DNA of 64,000 nucleotides, from IMG/VR virus record IMGVR_UViG_3300034062_006395, positions 1 through 64,000 of that record, one strand, 5' to 3'. The notes below the pieces were generated by a model. The model worked only from the letters and a program-made list of their open reading frames with translations, had not been told where the DNA came from and did not search any database. Position numbers and translations under genes: made by a program. This document shows positions 1 through 9,316 of this stretch, piece after piece (position 1 is the first letter of the stretch; every line of letters begins with the position of its first letter). Source of the stretch: an uncultured virus (IMG/VR IMGVR_UViG_3300034062_006395) (taxonomy: Duplodnaviria > Heunggongvirae > Uroviricota > Caudoviricetes).

Positions 1-2
1 CC

Positions 3-137
3 ACTCCAGAAATGGAAAGCAAAGGTCAAGCCGTTACGGTAAAGCCAGGCGTTTATAAAGAGCGCCCAGTTAACGTAGTTGTGTCAGTTGAAAAATTAGC
101 TGAAAAACCAGCTAAAGCGCCAAAAGTAGGGGCGTAA
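3..137 (+). CDS. 3' end of a hypothetical protein (truncated by window edge)
   Basis: Frame 3 open from window start to TAA 135-137 (...KLAEKPAKAPKVGA*); followed by hairpins/terminator. Confidence 0.55.
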   Translation, partial: TPEMESKGQAVTVKPGVYKERPVNVVVSVEKLAEKPAKAPKVGA

Positions 138-175
138 AAAACCCTCCCTTTCCTTTCCTAATTGTAAACCTAACC

Positions 176-203
176 AAAAAGAGTGTAGAAATACACTCTT
201 TTT
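176..203 (+). terminator. Intrinsic terminator, possibly bidirectional
   Basis: AAAAAGAGTGTA-GAAA-TACACTCTTTTT perfect hairpin with A and U tracts. Confidence 0.8.
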
Positions 204-229
204 ATTTCATTTTATCGCTTTATATCTTA

Positions 230-292
230 TTAACGATATCAGCGAGATTTGTTTTTTTTAAGGGATTATCTGCATAATTTAACGATATCAGC
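230..292. repeat. 14-bp direct repeat TTAACGATATCAGC x2
   Basis: Copies at 230-243 and 279-292 in non-coding DNA. Confidence 0.75.
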
Positions 293-642
293 ATGATTTT
301 TGAGTTAATACTGAATTATGATAACATTTATAATTCAATATTCATTCAATCAATGAATAATCAAGCATATCATCATTAAAAAAGATGCAAAACAAACAGA
401 AGTGTGCGCTAACACACGTTGAGGATGTTCCTCAGAAGCTCTAAACAGAGAAGTCAGGCAGCAAAAACAAAAACTTTCTTGGGATTGTTCTTGTACAATT
501 AAATCAAAAACAACCTTGAGTTACAGTAATAATCAATTAGGACATGAAAACGTGCACCTACATTGTAACTGGTAAAACTTGAGGTTGTTTTTTATTCCCA
601 AATGTGAAATCATAAATCAATAACAATATAACTCATAAAGAA

Positions 643-996
643 ATGATTGCAACTAACATTAAAGGACGTTTAGTAACAATGTCCAACCAATCCGACGAAA
701 ATATCAAGAACTTTTCTTATGTTGTCGAAGACACAAAGGAATTAGTAGTTGTTGATGCTCGTCTGTTAGAGGTGTTAAAACCTTTAGCAACAACAATGTC
801 GTTAAATGATGTAAAAGAAAGTTTAAAGAACTACATTGATATTTCAAAAGATTTCGATCAATTGAAAAAAAATATCAGCATGGAATTGTTCAAACTGTCT
901 TTCTCAGAAATGCTTACAAATAAGTTCGCATTAACCGATGCTCCTGTTAAAACAAAGAAAGAGGTTCCATATGGACCTAATTACAAAGCAGATTAA
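643..996 (+). CDS. Hypothetical protein
   Basis: 117-aa ORF with A-rich leader; no recognised motif. Confidence 0.7.
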   Translation: MIATNIKGRLVTMSNQSDENIKNFSYVVEDTKELVVVDARLLEVLKPLATTMSLNDVKESLKNYIDISKDFDQLKKNISMELFKLSFSEMLTNKFALTDAPVKTKKEVPYGPNYKAD

Positions 997-1099
997 ACAA
1001 TAAACAACTTCATGCATGACCATCCACGCCTTTGCGGTCTAAAGATGCTATACTTGAGGTTGTTTCTTTTCTTTTTTCTTTTTACAATATTCAAAATAT

Positions 1100-1335
1100 C
1101 CCGTTCCGCTAATGTTTGGATTATTTATTGGGTTTCATTAGGAATCCACCGCCACTAAATGCAAATAAATGCAAACGGGTTAACAGATCCCATTAGGGAT
1201 CAGCCGAAAAACCAGCACAACTAAACGAGTGTTATATTTCACACGTTTAGCTGGTTTATTATGATCAGCAACTTTCAGAATATTGGTTAATCTGGAAGCC
1301 AAGAATATAAGAGGAACCAAATGGATAAAGTTGCA
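1100..1335 (+). ncRNA. Putative structured non-coding RNA
   Basis: Non-coding, with several pairings: CCCGTT/AACGGG, GATCCC-ATTA-GGGATC, AAACCAG/CTGGTTT enclosing CTAAACG/CGTTTAG, GCAACTTT/AAAGTTGC. Confidence 0.4.
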
Positions 1336-1510
1336 AATTTATCAAGTGTTGAAATGATGAAAATCATTGAAATGCGGTAGGAGAAGAATGTGTTAATCAA
1401 CGCGAAGATTATCATGTTTGAAACTTCCTATTTTAAAACCTCATCACCCATGCAAAGGTCTCTATACTGTTCTAACAGAAGAGAATACAAGTGATGAGGT
1501 TTTTTTACCA

Positions 1511-1575
1511 GACCAATTAATGTGGAACAATGAGAAGATGTTTTCATTGAACGGGTTCGACTCCTGTATTGGTCA
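1511..1575 (+). ncRNA. tRNA-like element lacking a D arm
   Basis: Acceptor GACCAAT/ATTGGTC, T arm ACGGG-TTCGACT-CCTGT, central 9-bp stem CAATGAGAA/TTTTCATTG with a 4-nt loop. Confidence 0.65.
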
Positions 1576-2063
1576 CAAAAAATTAAAAACGTCGATGTTT
1601 CCTTAATAGTGTTTGGGATGTTCTTTACGATAAAGGGAATACGACTTCAGAAAAGCAACAACATTCAGAGATGATATCAATGTCTAAGTTGTTGCTTTTT
1701 TTTCAAATTAAACAACTTTAAATCCCAAATATATGAGACAGTTAACAGTTTCAACTATTGTGGATTATTGTATGTTTGGTGATCAATTTCATCATGAATA
1801 TGGTAATCCAATGTGCGTTAAAGAAAGAATTACTGTTGATGCTAAATTCTTCAAAAAACACAGACGTTTTCAATCTTTACATCATTTAAATTAAAAGAAA
1901 TGAAAAAAATCATTTCAATTGTTATTTGTACAATGATAGTTATATCAATAACATCATGTGCATCGCACTCAAGTGGGTTTGATTACAAAAAACATCACTC
2001 AATGAACAAAAAGCTACAAAAAAGAGGATATCAACGTTGTGGCAGACATTGACTTTTATTTTT

Positions 2064-2137
2064 AGAAATATAGCTTAATTGGATAGAGCAACAGATTTCT
2101 AATCTGTAGGTTACGAGTTCGAGTCTCGTTATTTCTA
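2064..2137 (+). tRNA. tRNA-Arg (anticodon UCU)
   Basis: Acceptor AGAAATA/TATTTCT, D arm GCTT..GAGC, anticodon arm ACAGA-TT TCT AA-TCTGT, T arm ACGAG-TTCGAGT-CTCGT; CCA not encoded. Confidence 0.9.
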
Positions 2138-2173
2138 CTACTTCAAATCAAAATAAATCAAAAACATATAACT

Positions 2174-2503
2174 ATGAAGAAGATTGTGTTAAATTTCACT
2201 CTTGAGATTTTAATTCCTGAAGGAATTACTATTAATCAAGATAATCTGGTATCTAATTTATCTCAAACTGTAAATAAAACAGTACAGAGAAAAAAAAGAA
2301 AAGCAGAATCAATGAGGTTTCAATTGGAGAAAATGAAAAATGGTGAAACCATTTCATTCCTCGCAAGTGATTACTCAATGAAGTCTATCTCCGCTATCTG
2401 CTGTAAAACAGCAAAAGATTGGGGTAATCGTTTCTATTTTAAAACAAAAAGTTTTAAAGATGGAAAAGGTAACATTTGGAAAACAGAAGTAACAAAATTT
2501 TAA
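2174..2503 (+). CDS. Hypothetical protein
   Basis: 109-aa ORF, ATG start after A-rich leader. Confidence 0.65.
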   Translation: MKKIVLNFTLEILIPEGITINQDNLVSNLSQTVNKTVQRKKRKAESMRFQLEKMKNGETISFLASDYSMKSISAICCKTAKDWGNRFYFKTKSFKDGKGNIWKTEVTKF

Positions 2504-2724
2504 TCATGAAAAACTTTTTATTAGTTACCATTGGTCTTACAGTAATACCACTGGCTTTAATTGCTATGTTTTGTGGTTTCAATTATGTCTTATCATTATT
2601 ATTTAATGAAGACTATAAAGAAATTCAAAATAGCATTATATGGCTTATAGAAATGCCAGTAATACTCGGATTAATTATTTTGTATTTTTATCAAAGTGGT
2701 ATAAACCTTGATGAAGATTACTAA
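2476..2724 (+). CDS. Small membrane protein (two hydrophobic segments); start probably the internal ATG (MKNFLL)
   Basis: Two hydrophobic stretches in the translation. Confidence 0.6.
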   Translation: MENRSNKILIMKNFLLVTIGLTVIPLALIAMFCGFNYVLSLLFNEDYKEIQNSIIWLIEMPVILGLIILYFYQSGINLDEDY

Positions 2725-2760
2725 AAATAAATATCTTCGAGTTTTTTACTCGTAGTACGT

Positions 2761-2807
2761 GAACCCAACAGGACTTATTAATAATTTGTTCTGTTGGTTC
2801 TTTTTTT
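2761..2807 (+). terminator. Intrinsic terminator
   Basis: GAACCCAACAGGAC.../GTTCTGTTGGTTC stem followed by a T run. Confidence 0.6.
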
Positions 2808-3334
2808 AACTTCTAAAACTACATCTATGGAATTATTAGGATGGTTAGTAATTATTTTTTGTATAGGATCTGTCATTACAGTATTCTACGTTGCATGGAA
2901 AATGCACAAAGACAATTTTTTTGATAATGACCTTTAATAGTTTTTTTATGAAAAAACCAAAAGGTAATCATTCCAGCAAATATTATTTGATAGACACGCT
3001 CATAATAGGGAAATCAAATAATATGGAATGTTAAACAGGCTCTAATAGAGCGATGAGAGCTTGTTTATTTAAATAGAAACAATTTTACATCAACATATAT
3101 GGCTAAGAAAAAACAATTAAGCATTGAGGAGATTATTCTTCAAAAAAGCGAATCTGGTATGAAGCTCACAAAAGCTCAGAAAAAAATGTGTGTTTTTAAC
3201 AACAGCTTAGCCGCAAAAATTAACGGCTAAAAACAAAAGAAAGGAGGGATTAATTTGACACATCTCGTTGTTTTGAAAGAAAGTTTTAGTAGTTTTATTC
3301 TTTTTTTACCCTCCTTTCTTTTAATTTATAATAT

Positions 3335-3388
3335 GATTCCGTAGCTCAGTTGGGAGCGATTTTATAGGTTCAAATCCTATCGGGGTCA
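3335..3388 (+). ncRNA. tRNA-like element lacking an anticodon arm
   Basis: Acceptor GATTCCG/CGGGGTC, D arm GCTC-AGTTGG-GAGC, only GATTTT before T arm ATAGG-TTCAAAT-CCTAT. Confidence 0.75.
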
Positions 3389-3626
3389 CTACAAAGTATT
3401 CTTTGAATAAAAAGCGTCACAAATTCAATGATGGTAACAACATAACCCAGTACCAGTTTATCTATTTCCCTGGTCATGTAAGTTATAGAATTTATATTTT
3501 GCCGTGACCATGTTACATTATTTCCTGTGAAAATAGTTGGAAATGAATCCCCAAGATTCAATTGTAGCATGTAGCGAGATATTTCATCGACGTAAATAAA
3601 ATCATAGAAGAAACGTATGGAGCAAT

Positions 3627-3718
3627 ACACCATTACTTCAATGTGCTGTTTTTCATTAAACAGTGCTCGGCAGAAGGTCTTGTAAAAGATGTTGGCGGTT
3701 CGAGTCCGCTGTGGTGTA
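3627..3718 (+). ncRNA. tRNA-like element with a hairpin inserted in the D loop and a truncated anticodon arm
   Basis: Acceptor ACACCAT/GTGGTGT, D stem CTTC/GAAG enclosing an extra hairpin CTGTTT/AAACAG, short TCTT-GTAA-AAGA hairpin, T arm GGCGG-TTCGAGT-CCGCT. Confidence 0.65.
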
Positions 3719-3764
3719 CAATTTTATTTAATCAACAATTTAACAATTTAAAACAAAAAAAGTT

Positions 3765-4208
3765 ATGAACATTATTTTGGTTTACCCAAACACTGCTGAA
3801 GAGAAAAATCGTTTCGGCAAAGATCGCAATGAAAAAGAATTATTCAACGTTGTTGAATATAACTTACTTGATCGCGATGGACAAAAATGCCGCAATTTAA
3901 TGCGTGGTGATGACAACTACGATCCAACAGATCGTAATCACTATGTGATTAATCCTGCGTCAACCAACAGGGAACTTTTGCTTGACAGCAAAACTAAAAG
4001 ACCAATTAAAACTGTAGCCAATGAGTTGCACTACAAAACCAAAAATGGAGTGCCAACTAAAATTGAATTGACCGGGGTTCAATACCTCAATGTGGTTAAT
4101 CCAATTACAATCTTCTCTCAACCAGCTGATATTGCATTGGCTCAAAAAGAGAAAATGATGGCTCCGGCAACAAAAGTAAAAGCAAAGACTAAGTCTGTTG
4201 CTTCTTAA
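3765..4208 (+). CDS. Hypothetical protein
   Basis: 147-aa ORF followed by a terminator. Confidence 0.75.
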   Translation: MNIILVYPNTAEEKNRFGKDRNEKELFNVVEYNLLDRDGQKCRNLMRGDDNYDPTDRNHYVINPASTNRELLLDSKTKRPIKTVANELHYKTKNGVPTKIELTGVQYLNVVNPITIFSQPADIALAQKEKMMAPATKVKAKTKSVAS

Positions 4209-4224
4209 TCGATCAACCAAATTA

Positions 4225-4268
4225 AATAAAGGATTATATAAATTTAAAAAATATAGTCCTTTATTTTT
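4225..4268 (+). terminator. Intrinsic terminator
   Basis: AATAAAGGATTATAT/ATATAGTCCTTTATT stem plus T tract. Confidence 0.6.
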
Positions 4269-4305
4269 ACCTACTCTTGTCATCCATCATTAAATTTTAA
4301 TAATC

Positions 4306-5226
4306 ATGTTTTCATTTAAAAAACATCCAGCAACTGTTGAACAAATTCATAAAGAATTTGATGATGCAGAAGAAAAAATCATCAAAGAATGTGAAAACGT
4401 TCTTAACAATTTACAAGTAGTTACAGAATCAAAACTTGAAAAAAAAGCAACAGAACTTATAAAATTAGGTTTTATTGCTTCTGAACCTGTAAAACAATAT
4501 CAAGAATTAAAAGAGAAAAGTAAATTTATTGAGCAATCAATAAATTCAAATAAAGAACAACTTAATACATTCAATGAACTAAAACAGGCATATCCTTTAG
4601 AAAAATTTATTACTGTAGATGAATTAGAACGTATTTGTAAAAAGTACAATTTAATTCATGCACCAGTGAAAAATTATATAATGGATATTCCTGAAAAGAA
4701 TGTATTAGAAATTTCAAGAACTAAAAAATTAAATGAAATTCATAGTGCAGGTGATAGCGTTGTTCTTATTGGTTTAAAAAGTGATTATCTTTTAAACTTG
4801 TTTGGTAAAAAAGAACCAATTTTTACAGTTAATGATTTAAAAAGAATTAATTTTTCTTATATATCATTAGAATCATGGTTTAATTCTGGAAATAATACTT
4901 GGGCTTATGTTGCAGTAAAAGATGGTATCGATGGAAAACCAGGTTTAAACGAAAAAGTTTTAACTAAATTATACAGTTACGATAAAATTCAAAAAATTGA
5001 TAAATCAGGATTATTTATTGCAGCTCCAGAAACTCATTTTGATTTAAAAGATTTAAAAAAGAAATCTAAATTTGGATTTTTTGAAGTAGAAAATCGCAAG
5101 GTTCCTAAAGATCCTGTTGTATTTGAATACTGTAAAAACAATCTTTGTAGAATCATTACAAAATGGGGAACAAAAGATGATCAATCATATTTGGATGAGG
5201 CTTTAACTAACGAAACAAACAATTAA
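4306..5226 (+). CDS. Hypothetical protein with N-terminal coiled coil
   Basis: 306-aa ORF. Confidence 0.8.
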   Translation: MFSFKKHPATVEQIHKEFDDAEEKIIKECENVLNNLQVVTESKLEKKATELIKLGFIASEPVKQYQELKEKSKFIEQSINSNKEQLNTFNELKQAYPLEKFITVDELERICKKYNLIHAPVKNYIMDIPEKNVLEISRTKKLNEIHSAGDSVVLIGLKSDYLLNLFGKKEPIFTVNDLKRINFSYISLESWFNSGNNTWAYVAVKDGIDGKPGLNEKVLTKLYSYDKIQKIDKSGLFIAAPETHFDLKDLKKKSKFGFFEVENRKVPKDPVVFEYCKNNLCRIITKWGTKDDQSYLDEALTNETNN

Positions 5227-5238
5227 TATCAACAACAA

Positions 5239-5634
5239 ATGAAAGTTAAACACTTTTTAGCACAAGGGTGTACAGTAGCAATGAATGTTACTGATAACAC
5301 CTTACAGATTGGCTTATCTAATAAGTCAAATCAAGAACCAAATTTTTCAAGAAAGAAAGGTTTTTTAATTGCCACAGGTCGTGCAGTTAATAAACCAATC
5401 AACGTTAACTTAAACATTGAGAATTTTCAATTAACTGGAAAAGTGTTTCATAATTTAGCAAACAGAATTCAAGGATTTAGAAATCCAATTTCTTCTTACA
5501 ATGGATCTAAAAATCCATCAAGAGAACAATCAAGAGATTGGAAATCAACACTTAACGATTTTAAGAACATTACAGAACTGATTAGTGAAGAAGAATATTT
5601 AAACATTGTAAAAGAAAGCAGCGTTACAGTATAA
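5239..5634 (+). CDS. Hypothetical protein
   Basis: 131-aa ORF. Confidence 0.7.
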   Translation: MKVKHFLAQGCTVAMNVTDNTLQIGLSNKSNQEPNFSRKKGFLIATGRAVNKPINVNLNIENFQLTGKVFHNLANRIQGFRNPISSYNGSKNPSREQSRDWKSTLNDFKNITELISEEEYLNIVKESSVTV

Positions 5635-5733
5635 TTAAAATTTATTAACCGACTAATAAATTTTGTTATATCTTGAAAATTTTTTCATTATATATATTAA
5701 CAAACAAAACAAACAAAACAAACAAAAAAAGTT

Positions 5734-6111
5734 ATGCGAAGTCTTTTAATTATTTGTCTCCTGTTATTTACAGGAATTGTAGGTTGTACACCACCTTCTG
5801 CTACAGATGCTGTTGAACAAACCTCGTTAACCGCTATGAATGATTCAGCACAACAAGTGTCATATCATTCAGATTTCACTACATTCACTTCTCAAGGTGA
5901 TATGCTCTCCTACTTAACGCAAAATGCTAATACGTTGACGGTGTTACAGCAAACAGACAGTATGGATTATTATACTGTATTGTTTAATAATGATGCTACA
6001 ACATATTACGTTTTAGTTTATAATGCTACTGGTGCCGTTTCAATTTCATCAAGTCCGCCTAATAATTGGACAACGATGACTAATAGTCCGCCAGTACAGA
6101 CAAACAATTAA
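5734..6111 (+). CDS. Putative lipoprotein
   Basis: MRSLLIICLLLFTGIVGC: signal peptide with lipobox-like IVGC; Thr/Ser/Asn-rich mature part. Confidence 0.7.
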   Translation: MRSLLIICLLLFTGIVGCTPPSATDAVEQTSLTAMNDSAQQVSYHSDFTTFTSQGDMLSYLTQNANTLTVLQQTDSMDYYTVLFNNDATTYYVLVYNATGAVSISSSPPNNWTTMTNSPPVQTNN

Positions 6112-6196
6112 ATTGTTCCCGGATTAAGGAAGCCAAGAAGTTGTCTCTAAAACATAACTTGGAAAGAATATAAAGAACAATATAGACAAAAACATA

Positions 6197-6231
6197 ACAA
6201 GTGTTAGTAGAAATATTAACACTTGTTTTTT
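6197..6231 (+). terminator. Intrinsic terminator
   Basis: AACAAGTGTTAGTA-GAAA-TATTAACACTTGTT plus T tract. Confidence 0.75.
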
Positions 6232-6241
6232 AATTATAACA

Positions 6242-7290
6242 ATGGAAAGAGCACATAACTTTGTTAATGATAGTTGTCAATTAAACAATGATATACTTAA
6301 TCGAATATTTTCTCAAACAATTAAAAAAATATATATTCAACTATGTGATCAACTTGAGGAAGAAATAGGTTATAAAACAGATTTTGAACTACATGGATGT
6401 GTAATTACTTTTTTAAAAGATGAACAATTATGAAAAGAATAAATACATTTAATGATAACATAATTAATTTAAATAAACTTTATAACATAAATTATACCTT
6501 ATTAAATCAATTAGTTGATAATTTATATGATGACATAAGAAAAACTAATTAAAATCATAAGTTATGAAGAAAATACGTAGTTCTACATTAACAGCAAAAT
6601 CTCCAATTGTTTCCAAATCAAATTTAAAATTTGATTCAATTCTTATTTTTTTAATTAAAGTAGGAACAAGTCATAAAATAAGTAGCCAATTAAGAGGAAC
6701 TTTAAATGATGGACATAACTATATAATTAATAATGATTAATTATGAATAATATATCAACTAAACTTAATATCTATAATAAAATAGAAAAACCAATTCTTT
6801 TACAATTAGATTATAGTATTCATGATTCAATGAGAATGCAAATTACAAACACACCTCTTTGTTTTATAGCATCATCTCAGATTCGTCATTCAATTAAAGT
6901 TAATGAAATGAAGTTTTTAATATGAAAAAATTATATTACATGGACCCTGAATTACATCGTCAAACATTAATACAAAGTATTACACTTGAAGTAAAAAAAC
7001 AATTTAAAGTTAATACAAGTAATAAATTACCTATTTTAATGAGATTTGTAGCAATAGCACAGATTTTAAAAGGAGTAAATTCAGAAATAGAAAAATTTGT
7101 TTATAACGACATAGAATATTATGAGAAAAATAAATATAAATAATATTATCTATAACGATAATATTAAACATTTTGATTCTAAAATTTCTAAAAGTATTAA
7201 CTATCAGATATTAAGTGAAATGTTTAAAAGATATCATACTCTTTCAATCTATTTCAATTGATTTTTACACTATTTAAAACTGCTAAGTTT
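6242..7290 (+). other. Array of short, closely coupled micro-ORFs (about 35-75 aa)
   Basis: ORFs at 6242, about 6430 (MKRIN), about 6564 (MKKIR), 6743, 6922 and about 7121 (MRKIN), with overlapping or adjacent stop/start codons. Confidence 0.55.
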
Positions 7291-7314
7291 TAATCAAAAA
7301 AAACAACAAAAAAG

Positions 7315-8505
7315 ATGTCAAACGAAAAAATAACCAAGTTAACACCAGAACAGGAAGCCAATATTGAAGTGTTTTCTGAAAAGTGGTTAGACTTTGTATT
7401 CAAATACCAGCTTTATGAAGAAAATAAAAAGATTTCTCATGAAGAAAAGACAAAAAGAATTGGTGATTTGTATGAAGCTTTGGAGTATAAAAGACCATTA
7501 GTAATACAGTGTACATCACCAAGACAAATGCAAAAGTTTGCAAATGTCTTAGAAAACGATAAATACGACAAATTGTTTCGTAAAGATATAGATGATAAAA
7601 ATCATGTAGAGTTTTTAAATAAACTTAATGATATCATCGCTAATGACAATATTAACTTTACTTACAAAAACTTTAGTTATAGTATTTCATCCTATGAATT
7701 CAGTTGGTTAGGATATTATGACTACATTAATGAGAACTTTAAAAATATTTTAGACGATGAATTGAAACAAAGATTAAAACTTTTAGTAAATGCAAGTAAA
7801 TTAAGTTTTATGAGCATCCAATACGAAGAAGTTTGTTTAATCTGTGAATTTCCTCGTTTTATCAGTAGAAACGCTAGCTTTCAATTACATAACATAAATG
7901 GTCCATCTGTAATATTTGAAGACTATGAATTGTATGCAATTAATGGTTTAATCGTTACTGCTGAATTGTACAAAAGCTTGTCTGAAAAGACTTATTTGTT
8001 TAGCGACTTTGTAAAAGAGCAAAACGAAGAAATAAAAAGTGCTGTACTAAATTTTTACGAAGAAAAGTTTGGAGGAACTTTCTTAGTTGATTATCTTAAA
8101 GAATATCTGTCAGAAAAAGACACATACGTTGATACAAAAGATCCTGTGTATTTAGAAGGAACTACAAAATCAATGAACGTAGGTGTTTATACATTATTCA
8201 AAGGACAAATAGAAGATGTTGAAATTGCTTATGTAAGATGTTTTTGTCCTTCAACAGACAGAATGTTCTTTTTAGGGGTATTTTCAGAACATAACAATGC
8301 TAAAGATGCAATAGCATCTTTGTGCAGAATACCACGTAAATTAAAAAAGCATTTAACATCTCTTCAAAGACAAGGAGAAATATTCTCAGCTAATTTTACT
8401 CCTAAAGGAACAGAAATACTTAAAAACTTAAGTCAATCAGAAAAAGATGATCTTGTATCACTTTCAGGTAATGAATATTTTGGATTAATGAAGTATGAAT
8501 ATTAA
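7315..8505 (+). CDS. Conserved phage protein, DUF6745-like
   Basis: ITKLTPEQ N-terminus, WLGYYDY, LHNINGPSV, C-terminal CPSTDRMFFLGV; family recognised from memory. Confidence 0.65.
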   Translation: MSNEKITKLTPEQEANIEVFSEKWLDFVFKYQLYEENKKISHEEKTKRIGDLYEALEYKRPLVIQCTSPRQMQKFANVLENDKYDKLFRKDIDDKNHVEFLNKLNDIIANDNINFTYKNFSYSISSYEFSWLGYYDYINENFKNILDDELKQRLKLLVNASKLSFMSIQYEEVCLICEFPRFISRNASFQLHNINGPSVIFEDYELYAINGLIVTAELYKSLSEKTYLFSDFVKEQNEEIKSAVLNFYEEKFGGTFLVDYLKEYLSEKDTYVDTKDPVYLEGTTKSMNVGVYTLFKGQIEDVEIAYVRCFCPSTDRMFFLGVFSEHNNAKDAIASLCRIPRKLKKHLTSLQRQGEIFSANFTPKGTEILKNLSQSEKDDLVSLSGNEYFGLMKYEY

Positions 8506-8527
8506 TTAATTTTTAAAAAACAAAACA

Positions 8528-8764
8528 ATGAAAAGAGGTATTAATGTTGCTCCTGCGTCTTCCACAGCAGGTCATTTTGCAACAGAAGTGGAAGAAAGAC
8601 AAATTGTGGTAATCGACAAACAAAAAGATTTCCGTCTTATAGAAGGAAAGTCTTTGTTGACTACTGATAAACACACCAATCTCCCAATGGATAAAGATTG
8701 CATGGTGTTTCCACAAACAGTCTTCAATCCTTTTTTGAAACTTTATGAAAATTCAAAAGACTAA
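8528..8764 (+). CDS. Small hypothetical protein directly downstream of the DUF6745-like gene
   Basis: 78-aa ORF with His-containing motifs (AGHF, KHTN). Confidence 0.65.
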   Translation: MKRGINVAPASSTAGHFATEVEERQIVVIDKQKDFRLIEGKSLLTTDKHTNLPMDKDCMVFPQTVFNPFLKLYENSKD

Positions 8765-9314
8765 TCATCTTTTTGATTTAAGTAAGCTTTTCAAGAAAGC
8801 ACACGATAAAATAGGTAGGTATAACCCAAATAATACCTACCTATTTTTCAAACATCAAAAAAGACCTATAATATTTAAAGAAAAATTAAAAATTGATTTA
8901 AGAAGTGGTAAATTTATAACCTCAAATGGTTATATTAGAAAACAACATCTTGAACATAAATGGAAAGAATATACATCAGAAATAAAAATTGGAAATGTAA
9001 AATTAATAGAAGGAATATATCCATTTTCATATAATGAATTGGAAATATTAAAACATAAATTATCAGTTGTTTATTTGATTGATATAAGAGAAGATTTAAT
9101 AAATGGTAACTTTAATATATATAGAATTGAAGAAATTAGTATTAAACAAAAAAATAAACCTACAAATAAATTATCTTATTTATTTAAAGGAACTATTATA
9201 TTTGATAAAGAAAATTCAAGAAACTTATTTGAAATACAATTTGATAAAATAATACAAGTTAGAACAAAATATTTAGTTTTAACTGAAAAATCACTTGAAA
9301 CTTTAATATCTTGA
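8745..9314 (+). CDS. Hypothetical protein
   Basis: 189-aa basic ORF. Confidence 0.6.
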   Translation: MKIQKTNHLFDLSKLFKKAHDKIGRYNPNNTYLFFKHQKRPIIFKEKLKIDLRSGKFITSNGYIRKQHLEHKWKEYTSEIKIGNVKLIEGIYPFSYNELEILKHKLSVVYLIDIREDLINGNFNIYRIEEISIKQKNKPTNKLSYLFKGTIIFDKENSRNLFEIQFDKIIQVRTKYLVLTEKSLETLIS

Positions 9315-9316
9315 AA

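Noticed and set aside
1418..1606. 62-aa ORF with TTG start
   Set aside because: Weak start, and it overlaps a well-formed tRNA-like element; probably spurious, though not excluded.
2138..2175. HDV-like (theta) ribozyme downstream of the tRNA
   Set aside because: The 3' trailer is A-rich and unstructured, with no nested pseudoknot pattern visible.
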